A stretch of DNA of 16,079 nt, from positions 1 to 16,079 of the forward strand of contig NW_021825283.1 of assembly GCF_006345805.1 (NCBI RefSeq), given 5' to 3'. The notes under the pieces are model-generated. The model did not search any database, was not told where the DNA came from, and saw only the letters and a list, made by a program, of their open reading frames with translations. The position numbers and the translations under genes were made by a program. Of this stretch, positions 1-8,354 are shown piece after piece; within the stretch, counting starts at the first letter, position 1, and each line of letters opens with the position of its first letter. This stretch comes from Octopus sinensis. Its lineage: Eukaryota.

Positions 1-296
1 TTGATCGCGAGAGACAAAAGCTTTTCGAGACGGTCTAATCATTCATCGAAAAGCGGTAATCTACTGACCAATAACGAAAAAATAATATATCAACCAGGGA
101 AGGAAAATATGGAAAACAGAGAGTAAAACTCATTTTTCTATCTTCAGTCCTCTCCATTAGCTTCTTTTCTGCTTGGTTTCCTTTGTCTTTCCTTATAGGT
201 TTTGCTTGAGTGGGTTTTTAGAACTCGTCACATTTCACCTGGCGACTTAATTACCGTTGAAGCTGTAACTTTTAGCAATAAGTTATTGCTTGTATA

Positions 297-458
297 TCTC
301 ACTCTTTCTCTCTGTCTCTCTGTCTCTCTCTCTCATCTGTCTCTCTCCTCTCTCTCTCCACTCTCTCCCCTCTCTCTCTCTCCTCTCTCTCCCCTCTCTC
401 CTCCTCTCCTGGTCTCCTCTCCTCACTGTCCGGTCTCTCTCTCTCTCTCTCTCTCTCT
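297..458. repeat. Degenerate (CT)n microsatellite
   Basis: Near-continuous CT/CCT units. Confidence 0.95.
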
Positions 459-473
459 GTATATATGATAGAT

Positions 474-661
474 CGTTAGCTACTACACGCATTTTTTCTC
501 TTCTTGTTTCTCTCCTTGTTTATTTTTCTGTGTATCTTTCTGTCGAAGAGCGTAGGCTCGAAACGTAAAAGACTTTTTCTATTCCTGAGCGCTATACTAA
601 TACATTTGTTTGTTTGTACTCCACCTGCCTTCGTCTTTTGTTTATTTTCGTAAACTTTCCC
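474..661 (+). mobile_element. Penelope-like element (PLE) pseudo-LTR-type fragment carrying a minimal hammerhead motif
   Basis: Non-microsatellite segment between (CT)n and (TA)n tracts containing CTGTCGAAGAGCGTAGGCTCGAAACGT. This matches the CTGANGA-A-[stem]-GAAACGT pattern typical of PLE terminal repeats. No RT or GIY-YIG coding sequence is seen, so the PLE assignment rests on the motif and boundaries are approximate. Confidence 0.6.
535..572 (+). ncRNA. Minimal type I hammerhead ribozyme motif (PLE-type, non-canonical core)
   Basis: Stem I TCTTT(535-539)/AAAGA(568-572); core CTGTCGA(540-546) plus extra A547; stem II GAGC(548-551)-GTAG-GCTC(556-559); GAA(560-562); loopless palindromic helix III ACGT(563-566); cleavage triplet GUA, predicted cut 567/568. 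Confidence 0.75.
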
Positions 662-952
662 TTTATATATATACACATATATATATTCATATTTATATAT
701 GTATACATATATATTTATATTAACTATATATTTGTACACGCACACACACACATATACTCTTTCACACACATTCACACATACAGAATTTCCACACCTTAAA
801 TGAGTTCTAAGTGGAACAGATTTACCGACTTCCCTGTCCGCAAAAACATGCGTACGTGTCTATATGTGTGTAGGGTGTGCGTGCACGCCTCTGTGTGCAT
901 GTGTGTATGTGTGTGTGTGTGTGTGTACGTAAATATATTCGCATATATATCT

Positions 953-1030
953 ATAACTTAGCCGTTTGGCAAACGGGGGCCACTTGAATAAGCACTAGGT
1001 TTACAAAGAATGAATCCTGGGGTCGATTTG
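953..1030 (+). mobile_element. SINE 3'-half fragment (same family as 9742-10128)
   Basis: CTTAGCCGTTTGGC...GAATAAGCACTAGG...GGGGTCGATTTG aligns by eye with CTTAGCGGTTCAG...GAATAAGTACCTGG...GGGGTCGAGTCG in the 9742-10128 copy. It stops at (AT)8 before the family's 3' tail. Confidence 0.65.
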
Positions 1031-1066
1031 ATATATATATATATATCAGTGGTGTAGCGCTTACTG

Positions 1067-1148
1067 TTCCTTTTAATAGTCGCGTGTCTACTACTGACAA
1101 GGCCGCAAAACGCCGAAACCACTTGGTCTGGTGGTGCTAATAGAGGAA
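1067..1148 (+). ncRNA. Type I hammerhead ribozyme fold with extended stem I (G8A core variant)
   Basis: Proximal stem I CTACTA(1088-1093)/TGGTGG(1129-1134); core CTGACAA(1094-1100); stem II GGC(1101-1103)/GCC(1112-1114) with 8-nt loop; GAA(1115-1117); stem III ACC(1118-1120)-ACTT-GGT(1125-1127); C17=1128, giving a GUC triplet. Distal stem I TAGT(1077-1080)/GCTA(1136-1139) and TTCCTTT(1067-1073)/AGAGGAA(1142-1148). Confidence 0.8.
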
Positions 1149-1354
1149 ATGACAGAGTTTGTCTGCTACTAACGTAAACAATAAAGTACTGATACGCGCC
1201 ACGAATCCATAGGAGTGTTTCTCGTGATAAATGCCTCGGTATTGTATTTTCTAACGCTACAAGCAACTCAACTTTTAAGTAGTAATAAGTTTAACTTTCG
1301 GTATTAACACATTAATTGATCAGGCACTATAATTATTAAATGCGTATTATACAT

Positions 1355-1549
1355 GCGTATATATATTATATATATATATATATAATATATATTTATATAT
1401 ATATATATATATATGTATATGTATTATTTATGTTTGTGTGTGTGTATATATATATATATATATACTATATATGCTTATATATACATATATATGCATATGT
1501 ATATATATTATATATGTAATACATATATACATTATGTATAGGTGTATGC

Positions 1550-1588
<39 letters not shown>

Positions 1589-1590
1589 TA
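1355..1590. repeat. (TA)n/(TG)n compound microsatellite
   Basis: Alternating TA with TG/CA interruptions. Confidence 0.95.
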
Positions 1591-2029
1591 CATACAAATA
1601 ATTGCTTTCTCTTATCGTATTGCATACATTAAAGCTATCATTGTTATTGTTGCTGTTGTTACTGCTCTTGTGGTTGTTCCCCTTGTATTTTATGAGCGCT
1701 ATGTGCCGAAGTACTCTCACCAATACCACCACCATCACAACCACAACCACCCATTGCTACCACCTCTTCTTGCTTACTTACTACCTGCTACTTATATACT
1801 TCTCTCATCTTCCATTTCAAATGTGTATACACACCTGCAGACACTTAACATTTGAGGGTTTCAGCGGAAATGGTGTTCGTCAGATGTGCGCGTGTATATT
1901 TATGCGAATACAATATTCGATATAATATAGCTGTGCTTCTATTTTCCTGTGTGCGCATCCATTTCTCTGTTTGTGCGGTACACGGCGAAAATGTCCATCA
2001 CACGCACATATACACTGGCATCCAAATAT

Positions 2030-2470
2030 GCATATATATATATATACGTACATATATAGTTAAAAGATGCATATAGACATACATACATATATATATGTGT
2101 CCATGCCTGTGTATTTTATACATATATTATATAATATAATATTATATATATATATATATATATATCTATATTATGTATGTATGTATTTATATATACTATA
2201 ATACGCTTATATATATACACAAACGCATACATATATACATACAATCTTATCTGTACCGATACATGGATCCGTGTATCAACTTACTGTAAAATTCTACATG
2301 GAGAAACATAAATATTATTGACTTCACTTACACACAGTCCCGCTCACACACATTTACATACAAATATACATACATACATACACACAAACATACATACATA
2401 CATACATACATAAATACATTCGTACATACGTACATAAATACATATACACATACATATTTATGTACGTACA
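2030..2470. repeat. (TA)n and (CATA)n microsatellite cluster with a short unique spacer (about 2240-2340)
   Basis: Direct reading. Confidence 0.9.
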
Positions 2471-2529
2471 TATGTAGTTGGGATGAATAGATGAGTAAAT
2501 GATTCAATTCTGGGTTATGCTGAACGAAC

Positions 2530-2552
2530 GAATGAAAGAAAGAAATAAAGAT

Positions 2553-2615
<63 letters not shown>

Positions 2616-2990
2616 AAGAAAGAAAGAAAGAAAGAAAGAAAGGAAGGGAGGATGGAAGGAAGGAAGGAAGGTTGAAAGATTGAAAGAGAGAGAGAGAAGG
2701 AAAGAGAGAAAGAAAGAATGAAAGGAAAGAAAGAAAGAAAGAAAGAAAGAAAGAAATAAAGAAAGAAAGAAAGGCAGGAAGGAAGGAAGAAAGAAAGAAA
2801 AAAAGAAAGAAAGAAAGAAAGAAAGGCAGGAAGGAAGGAAGGAAGGAAGAATGAAAGAAAGAAAGAAAGAAATACTAAAAGAGAGAAATAAGGAAAGAGA
2901 CAAAGAAAGAAAGGATGAAAGAGGGAAGAAAGAAAAAAGAAAGAAACAAACAAACAAAAAAACGAAGAAAGAAAGAAAGAAAGAAAGGGA
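2530..2990. repeat. (GAAA)n/(GGAA)n polypurine tract, about 460 bp
   Basis: Tandem GAAA and GGAA units; + strand almost entirely purine. Source of the F/L/S-rich ORFs. Confidence 0.95.
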
Positions 2991-3312
2991 CAGAAGTATG
3001 ATATACTCGAAGTATAAAAACACTGGAACATTCTAGTCGGAATATTTTTGTTGTTGTTGCTGTTGTTGTTCGTTCCCTATCTTCGGAGTCTCTGGAAGAT
3101 AAATTTCCATCGGTTAAACTTTAAGTATCCAGGAGTGTTAATGTCGAATTGTTATATCGTTGTTAATCATTTAGAATAAATGGCTTTGTATACAATGCCA
3201 CTGTTTCTTTTTCTTTTTGTCATTCGTGAAAGAAGGAGGTCGGTTTTGTGAACTGATAAATAGGTGACCGAATACGCAAAAGAAAAAAAAAGAACACAGT
3301 TATAGGCACTAT

Positions 3313-3505
3313 AGGCGGTGCTGCGGTAATAATCTTACTTCTCAATCATAGGGTTTCTGGTTCAGTTCCATTGCGTGGCACCTCGAGCAACTGTTTTCTA
3401 TATTAAGCATTGGGCTATAACACCACCACTTGACTAACGGTGTTGATGTGTTTCCGTTCTCGCAACTAATTAATTCAACAAAAGAGACTGGTAGAATAAG
3501 CACTA
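3313..3505 (+). mobile_element. Degenerate tRNA-type SINE (head plus part of 3' half, internally deleted)
   Basis: B-box-like GGTTCAGTTCC followed by GTGGCACCTCGAGCAA. CACCACCACTTGACTAACGGTGTTG...GAATAAGCACTA is homologous to the 3' half of the 9742-10128 copy. Confidence 0.6.
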
Positions 3506-3619
3506 TCTATCTAGCTATCTATCTTTTTATCTATCTACATCTCTCTCTCCCACTCTCTCTCTCTTTATATATATGTGTATGTGTGTGTGTACGTGTGTGT
3601 GTGTATGTGTAAGTGAGGT

Positions 3620-3843
3620 TGTGTGTTTCTGTTTTTCCATTACCACCAGCACCACCACTTTACAACCGTTGTTGGTCTATTTAGGTCATCGTAACCTAGC
3701 GCTTTATCGAAGGAGACTGACAGAATAAACATTAGATTTAGAATTTCAAAATGCTGAGTCGATTTGTTCAACTAAAATGCTTCGAGGTGGTGCACCAGCA
3801 TGGCCGTTGTCTAATTATTGAAACAAGATAAAGACAACAGATA
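3620..3843 (+). mobile_element. SINE 3' half (same family as 9742-10128), old copy
   Basis: ...GTCGATTTGTTCAACTAAA...GGTGGTGCACCAGCATGGCC...TGAAACAAGATAAAG parallels ...GTCGCTCGACTAAA...GCGGTGTTCCAGCATG...GAAACAAGTGAAAG at 10040-10110. Confidence 0.7.
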
Positions 3844-3940
3844 ACATAATTCCCATGGTACTTGGCCAATCACTAAAAAGTTATTTGTGATATTTCAGTC
3901 AGTTCAGAGAAGAAAATCTAACGAAGGAATATGAGAAGAA

Positions 3941-4301
3941 TATTCTTTTCTACTCTAGGTACAAGACCCGAAATGTTTGGGGAGGGGGGTCAGTCGATTA
4001 GATCGACGCCAGTACGCAAATGGTACTTAATTTATTGACCCCGAAAGGATAAATGGCTAAGTCGACCTCGCCGAAATTTGAACTCTGAACGCAAAGACAG
4101 ACGAAATACCTATTTCTTTACTACCGACAAGGGGCTAAACACAGATAGGACAAACAAGGACAGACAAACGGATTAAGTCGATTATATCGAGCCCGAAAGA
4201 ATGAAAGACAAAGTCGACCTCGGCGGAATTTAAATTAGCGGCAGACAAAATACCGCTAAGCATTCTGCCCGGCGTGCTAACGCTTCCGCCAGCTCGTCGC
4301 C
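3941..4301 (-). mobile_element. Dimeric tRNA-type SINE
   Basis: Minus strand starts GGCGACGAGCTGGCGGAAGCGTTAGC (A-box-like). Two related units (4301-4111, 4110-3941) each contain GAGGTCGACTT...TTTCGGG. B-box-like GAGTTCAAATT in unit 2. Flanked by AATATGAG at 3928-3935 and 4304-4311 (likely TSD). Confidence 0.85.
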
Positions 4302-4808
4302 TTAATATGAGGATATTGAATAACAATTATTGAAGTACAGTTCAACATATTCCAGTATCTAAGACAAATGAACGTCGGTATGCAAGCAGTATATGTATGT
4401 ATATACATGTATGTATGGATGGATGCATGCACATATGTATGGATAGGTTGGTGTTTGTATGTATGGATGGATGGACGGATGGATAAATGTATTCATCCAT
4501 AGAAGTAGTCTTCACGTGACCACATGTGTGTCAGTGTTGTATACACTGTGTGGCTATATTGTTTTCCAAAATTGACCAGCCGAGCATCACTGTACATAGA
4601 ACTGTCTTTTATAACCTTCTTTTCTTCTTTCGTCACATGCCATGATGCTGTAGTCTGAATTTAGATGCACGTTGTTCAGTCTCTTCATACCTCCTCACTT
4701 GAATCTCGTTAGTGCTGTGAATTACGATACGACAGATATAGCTTTCTCTTGTTAGTCGTTCGAAAGCATATAACAATACTCCGGGGCTTCTACCATGTAT
4801 ATTTACTA

Positions 4809-5165
4809 CTAGCAGTATCGCCCGGCGTTGCTCGGGTTTGTAAGGGAAATAACTATAAAGCATATTTAGAGAGTTAGCCAAAAAATAGCAAAAAAATGGG
4901 AAAAAATGATGGTAAATTTTTTTGAGAGTTAAAAAGGTCGAGTTGCGTCCCCTAGACAGTCTGTGGTTTGTGTTTCTGATTCTCGACCCCATGTCGAATT
5001 TATCGATTTTTTCAGAACTGGGGGAACTTAGTTTTGAATTATGACATTGGGCTATGTGTGTGTCAAGTTTCATCAGAATCGGTTGAAAGCCGTGGTCAGG
5101 GTGAGGGTACAACCTAACAGACACACAGATACGCAGACAGTCAAACTGTCGTTTATAGAGAGAGA
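4809..5165 (-). mobile_element. Non-autonomous Helitron, 357 bp, both termini intact
   Basis: Minus strand begins TC (5165-5164) after host A and ends CTAG (4812-4809) before host T. GC-rich hairpin CCCGAGCAACGCCGGG (4836-4821) lies 12 nt from the 3' end. No TSD. Small hairpin GACAG-TCAAA-CTGTC at 5136-5150. Confidence 0.88.
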
Positions 5166-5850
5166 TGATAAATATGTCGAGCAAAGATGCATTGTCTTTT
5201 GTTATGCATCGTGTCCATGTTCTTTCATTTATCTTGAGCTGAATCATGCACAGAAGCTTATTGTGACCTACTAAGTTTGAAACATTGTTGCTTCTGTTGT
5301 TCGCGTATATGCTTTATCATCATTCATGATTGTGTATTATCAAACAAGTTGTAAGTGTTCGCTTTTATAACTGTCTATAATATTTCATTTCTTCTATTGT
5401 TTTCTTTTCAAAAGCTTATATTCAAATCTATTATCTTAAAAATCATTTAAAATCATTTTTGAATAATCCAGTTTTTATAATATTTAAATATACTTTTAAA
5501 ACAGTTTTAGCTTGGATATCGATTGTCCCACTTTCTTATTGCTGGTCTTATTGACCCACAAATAAACAAAGCAAAATTGCTGTTTGCAGGAATATGTTTA
5601 TGTTATAAGATCATGCGTAAGAACAAACATTGCTTTCTACCCCAGGGTAAAGGGGATGGATGTACATAATCATACTGAAGCACTTTGCTTTTGAAGAGGG
5701 TGAAGCAACGATATTCTGTTTCGTGATTCTCACAGAAAATGCATTCTAAACGGGACTTTGAGCAACTGGAACTTTGACATGAAAAGACAAGGACCTGAAC
5801 AACAACAACAACAACAAAACCACAACTGCTGGATATATAATGAAAATAAT

Positions 5851-6552
5851 TTTATTATTATTTTTATTACCTCTTTATCACAGGTTTTGTGGGAGCTCCT
5901 GGAGTCTTTCACGCGTTACCGTGATACTACCTGCAGCCTACGGTACCTTGCTATTCGTTCTTTTCAGCTTTCTAATACTTCCCTAATTATTTTGGCCGTA
6001 CCAAGGGGGCAAACTTTTTGTAACAGTCCTACTGGGCACTCTATTCCGATTTCCTTTACATTCCCCTTGATGCATTCTGATACTGTTCCCAAGGAACCAA
6101 CAATAATTGGCACTATTTTCACCTTCTTCATTTTCCGTAGCCGAGCTATTTCGTACTTAAGAAGGTTGTATCTATCTATCTTTTCGCTTTTTTGACTATT
6201 CGTGGGTCAAAGGGGCATGCAACGTCAACTATATAGCATATGTGGTGCACCTTGTCCCCCACCACTCGGTCCGGTCTATTATGCTGTAGCACGTGATCTG
6301 TTTCGATTGGAAAATCCCAGACGAATTTGCTAGTCTCCGACTCTTCCACTTCCTGCAGTTTATGCTCATAGCACGTCTTGCCTCTCCCTAACCCCCACTT
6401 TTCGCACAGTTTCTAATGTAGTATTTTGCTACTTGGTCGTGTCGCCACAACCTGTGGTGGTTTTGGGTAAGTCTAGGGTATTCGTTAGGGACATGGACAA
6501 TGGTTTAATCCACACTGTAGCAGATGTGGCACAGCGGAGAGACTTTCCACAT
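5851..6552 (-). mobile_element. 5'-truncated, decayed R4/Dong-like non-LTR retrotransposon (CCHC knuckle, restriction-like endonuclease, 3' UTR, TAA-like tail)
   Basis: Manual minus-strand translation: SPLCHICYSVD*TIVHVPNEYPRLTQNHHRLWRHDQVAK/VLH*KLCEKWG...WDFPIETDHVLQHNRPDRVVGDKVHHICYIVDVACPFDPRIVKK/EKIDRYNLLKYEIARL...VPIIVGSLG...LLQKVCPLGTAKIIREVLES*. It contains CxxC..H, RHD, RPD..D..EK..Y, VPIIVG.LG and LGTAKII motifs. Stop at 5966-5964; about 95-nt UTR; degenerate (TAA)n tail at 5869-5851. Confidence 0.9.
5964..6540 (-). pseudogene. Retrotransposon ORF C-terminal remnant (zinc knuckle + PD-(D/E)xK endonuclease)
   Basis: Two frameshifts (about 6424 and about 6186) and two in-frame stops interrupt an otherwise recognisable R4-clade C-terminus. 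Confidence 0.85.
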
Positions 6553-7067
6553 TCTTAACTGAATAGACGTGTTATCATGTACATTGTTTTGTCTTGGTAT
6601 AAAAGATGGGCTACAGCAAATATTCTGCTCAATAACACAGATTTGCTTGCCAGTTACTTGCCCTTAACCAGTGGAGCACGTCCCTTAGTGGTTGACTATA
6701 TGTGCATCTCTGATCACGAGCAGAAGTAGTGGTAGAGCATCATAGCCATGTGTTGAGAGGGGTTCTTTGGGAGTTTGAATAATTCATCTCCGAAGACATA
6801 AGTGTTTCATTCAACGTCCTTAAACAATCCTTATTCAGGGACTTTTTCAACGGGATGGGCTACTCAACCTGACGAAAATTCTAATATGGCCCCACCTACA
6901 AGGTCATGCGTTGTCTATCTTGATATGAGGTCACCATGTCACGTACATATGGTTGTCATGCATGTGCCCGGTGTACCCTTATCAAACGGGTAGTCATGAG
7001 GGGTATACTGGGTTTCTTATATTTGTACCCCAGTGTCAATTTTATGGCATGCGTTGCTCTCTCACTC

Positions 7068-7121
<54 letters not shown>
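6553..7121 (+). mobile_element. Interspersed repeat ending in (AAT)18; probable non-autonomous retroposon
   Basis: About 515 bp of complex, apparently non-coding sequence ending CTCTCTCACTC directly followed by (AAT)18 at 7068-7121. Recalled as an abundant octopus repeat (not verified). Left boundary and strand are inferred. Confidence 0.55.
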
Positions 7122-7125
7122 TAGA

Positions 7126-7238
7126 ATAAGGGTTTCAAATTTGGACACAAGGCCAGCAATTTGGGGGGGGGGTTAGTCGATAACGTCGATCCTAGTGCTC
7201 AAGTGGTTCTTATGTTATCGACCCCGAAGGGATGAAAA
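7126..7238 (-). mobile_element. SINE 3' fragment (family of 3941-4301 and 10259-10840)
   Basis: TTAGTCGATAACGTCGATCCTAGTG...TATCGACCCCGAAGGGATGAAA matches the terminal unit of the other copies. Confidence 0.75.
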
Positions 7239-7287
7239 GAATAAATAATAAATAGAAACAGGAACAGCATAACAAGAACAGCAACAC

Positions 7288-7309
7288 CTACTACTACTAC
7301 TACTACTAC

Positions 7310-7344
<35 letters not shown>
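7288..7344. repeat. (CTA)7CT followed by (AGT)11: strand-flipped triplet microsatellite
   Basis: Direct reading; 7288-7333 is a perfect 46-bp palindrome. Confidence 0.95.
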
Positions 7345-7892
7345 TGTTCAGTAGTATGTTCTGGAAACATGAAATGAAAGAATTGAAGAAGAAACTTGCT
7401 TCGACATTGAAAACCTTTTGCGGTTATCATTTCCAATATGTCGGCCATATTTCTTATCACTAATAATCTGAAACCGATATTTTCGGTATTATATCAGAAT
7501 GAACTTATAGGAAAAATAAGAGGGAGAGAGAGAGAGAAACAGATAGACAGAGTGAGAGAGGGAAAGGGAAAAAATCAATTAATTTTCTGAACTATTTCAT
7601 TGCAATTTCTTATCCCAGTTCTTTTAATTATGTTGAATATACCACGCTTCAGTGAACCATTAGAATTAGGAAATTTAAACACCGTAAACCTCTCTATTTT
7701 ATTACGCATTGCCATTAAGTAATTATTTGAGATGGAGCCGTTTCTTTGGCGGGAAATTGGCTAATGGCGCCAAGGAATATTTTCATCGTATATAGAATAC
7801 AATGGCATGAAAATAAATTCATTTTTCATAGCCAGCTTTACTGGCACCACAATGGGGAAAGAAAAGAGATATAAAAAATAAAATGACAACTA

Positions 7893-7955
<63 letters not shown>

Positions 7956-7995
7956 GATGATGTTGATGATGATGATGATGATGATAATAATAATA
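7893..7995. repeat. (AAT)20 then (GAT)n/(AAT)n
   Basis: Direct reading. Confidence 0.95.
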
Positions 7996-8181
7996 GATAG
8001 ATATAAGAAGTGACGTAAAATTGAAATTATTCCTAATACCATGTTGCGAAGGATATAATCAGTTCCATGAGATAAAATATATTTATATACAGCAAAAGCC
8101 CCGCATAGTATAAACCAATGAATAAATTTTAAATATTTTGTGAGACGGAGTTATGAGTGCACTGATTGTTGTCGGTTGGCT

Positions 8182-8242
<61 letters not shown>

Positions 8243-8273
8243 CAGCAGTAGTAGTAGTAGTAGTAGTAGTAGT
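8182..8273. repeat. (GTA)n microsatellite with a GCA interruption
   Basis: Direct reading. Confidence 0.95.
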
Positions 8274-8354
8274 TGTACCTGTGCTCTTATTTTTTCACTG
8301 TCTACCATTACTTGTTAGTGTATACGCATTTGTGTATGAGTGTGTATTTGCCAG

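Noticed and set aside
20-54. 9-bp inverted repeat GCTTTTCGA/TCGAAAAGC, with a CGATGA...CGAAA look-alike on the minus strand
   Set aside because: It lacks the CUGA core and hammerhead stems, and is truncated context at the window edge.
1858-1883. Minus-strand CTGACGA...GAAAC hammerhead-like core
   Set aside because: The intervening ACACCATTTCCGCT forms no stem II, stem III is only 2 bp and stem I is mismatched.
4240-4301. tRNA-like A/B-box sequence
   Set aside because: No cloverleaf forms and it is embedded in a SINE body, so it is not called a tRNA gene.
4633-5247. 204-aa minus-strand ORF
   Set aside because: It runs through both Helitron boundaries, has no recognisable motif and is a chance open frame.
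5758-6195. 145-aa plus-strand ORF
   Set aside because: It is the antisense frame of the retrotransposon endonuclease region plus a (CAA)n tract.
6472-6558. Short plus-strand frame SRVFVRDMDNGLIHTVADVAQRRDFPHS*
   Set aside because: The minus strand here encodes the CxxC zinc knuckle of the R4-like element, so this frame is antisense.
6868-6900. CTGACGA on the plus strand
   Set aside because: There is no stem II or downstream GAAA, so it is not a hammerhead.
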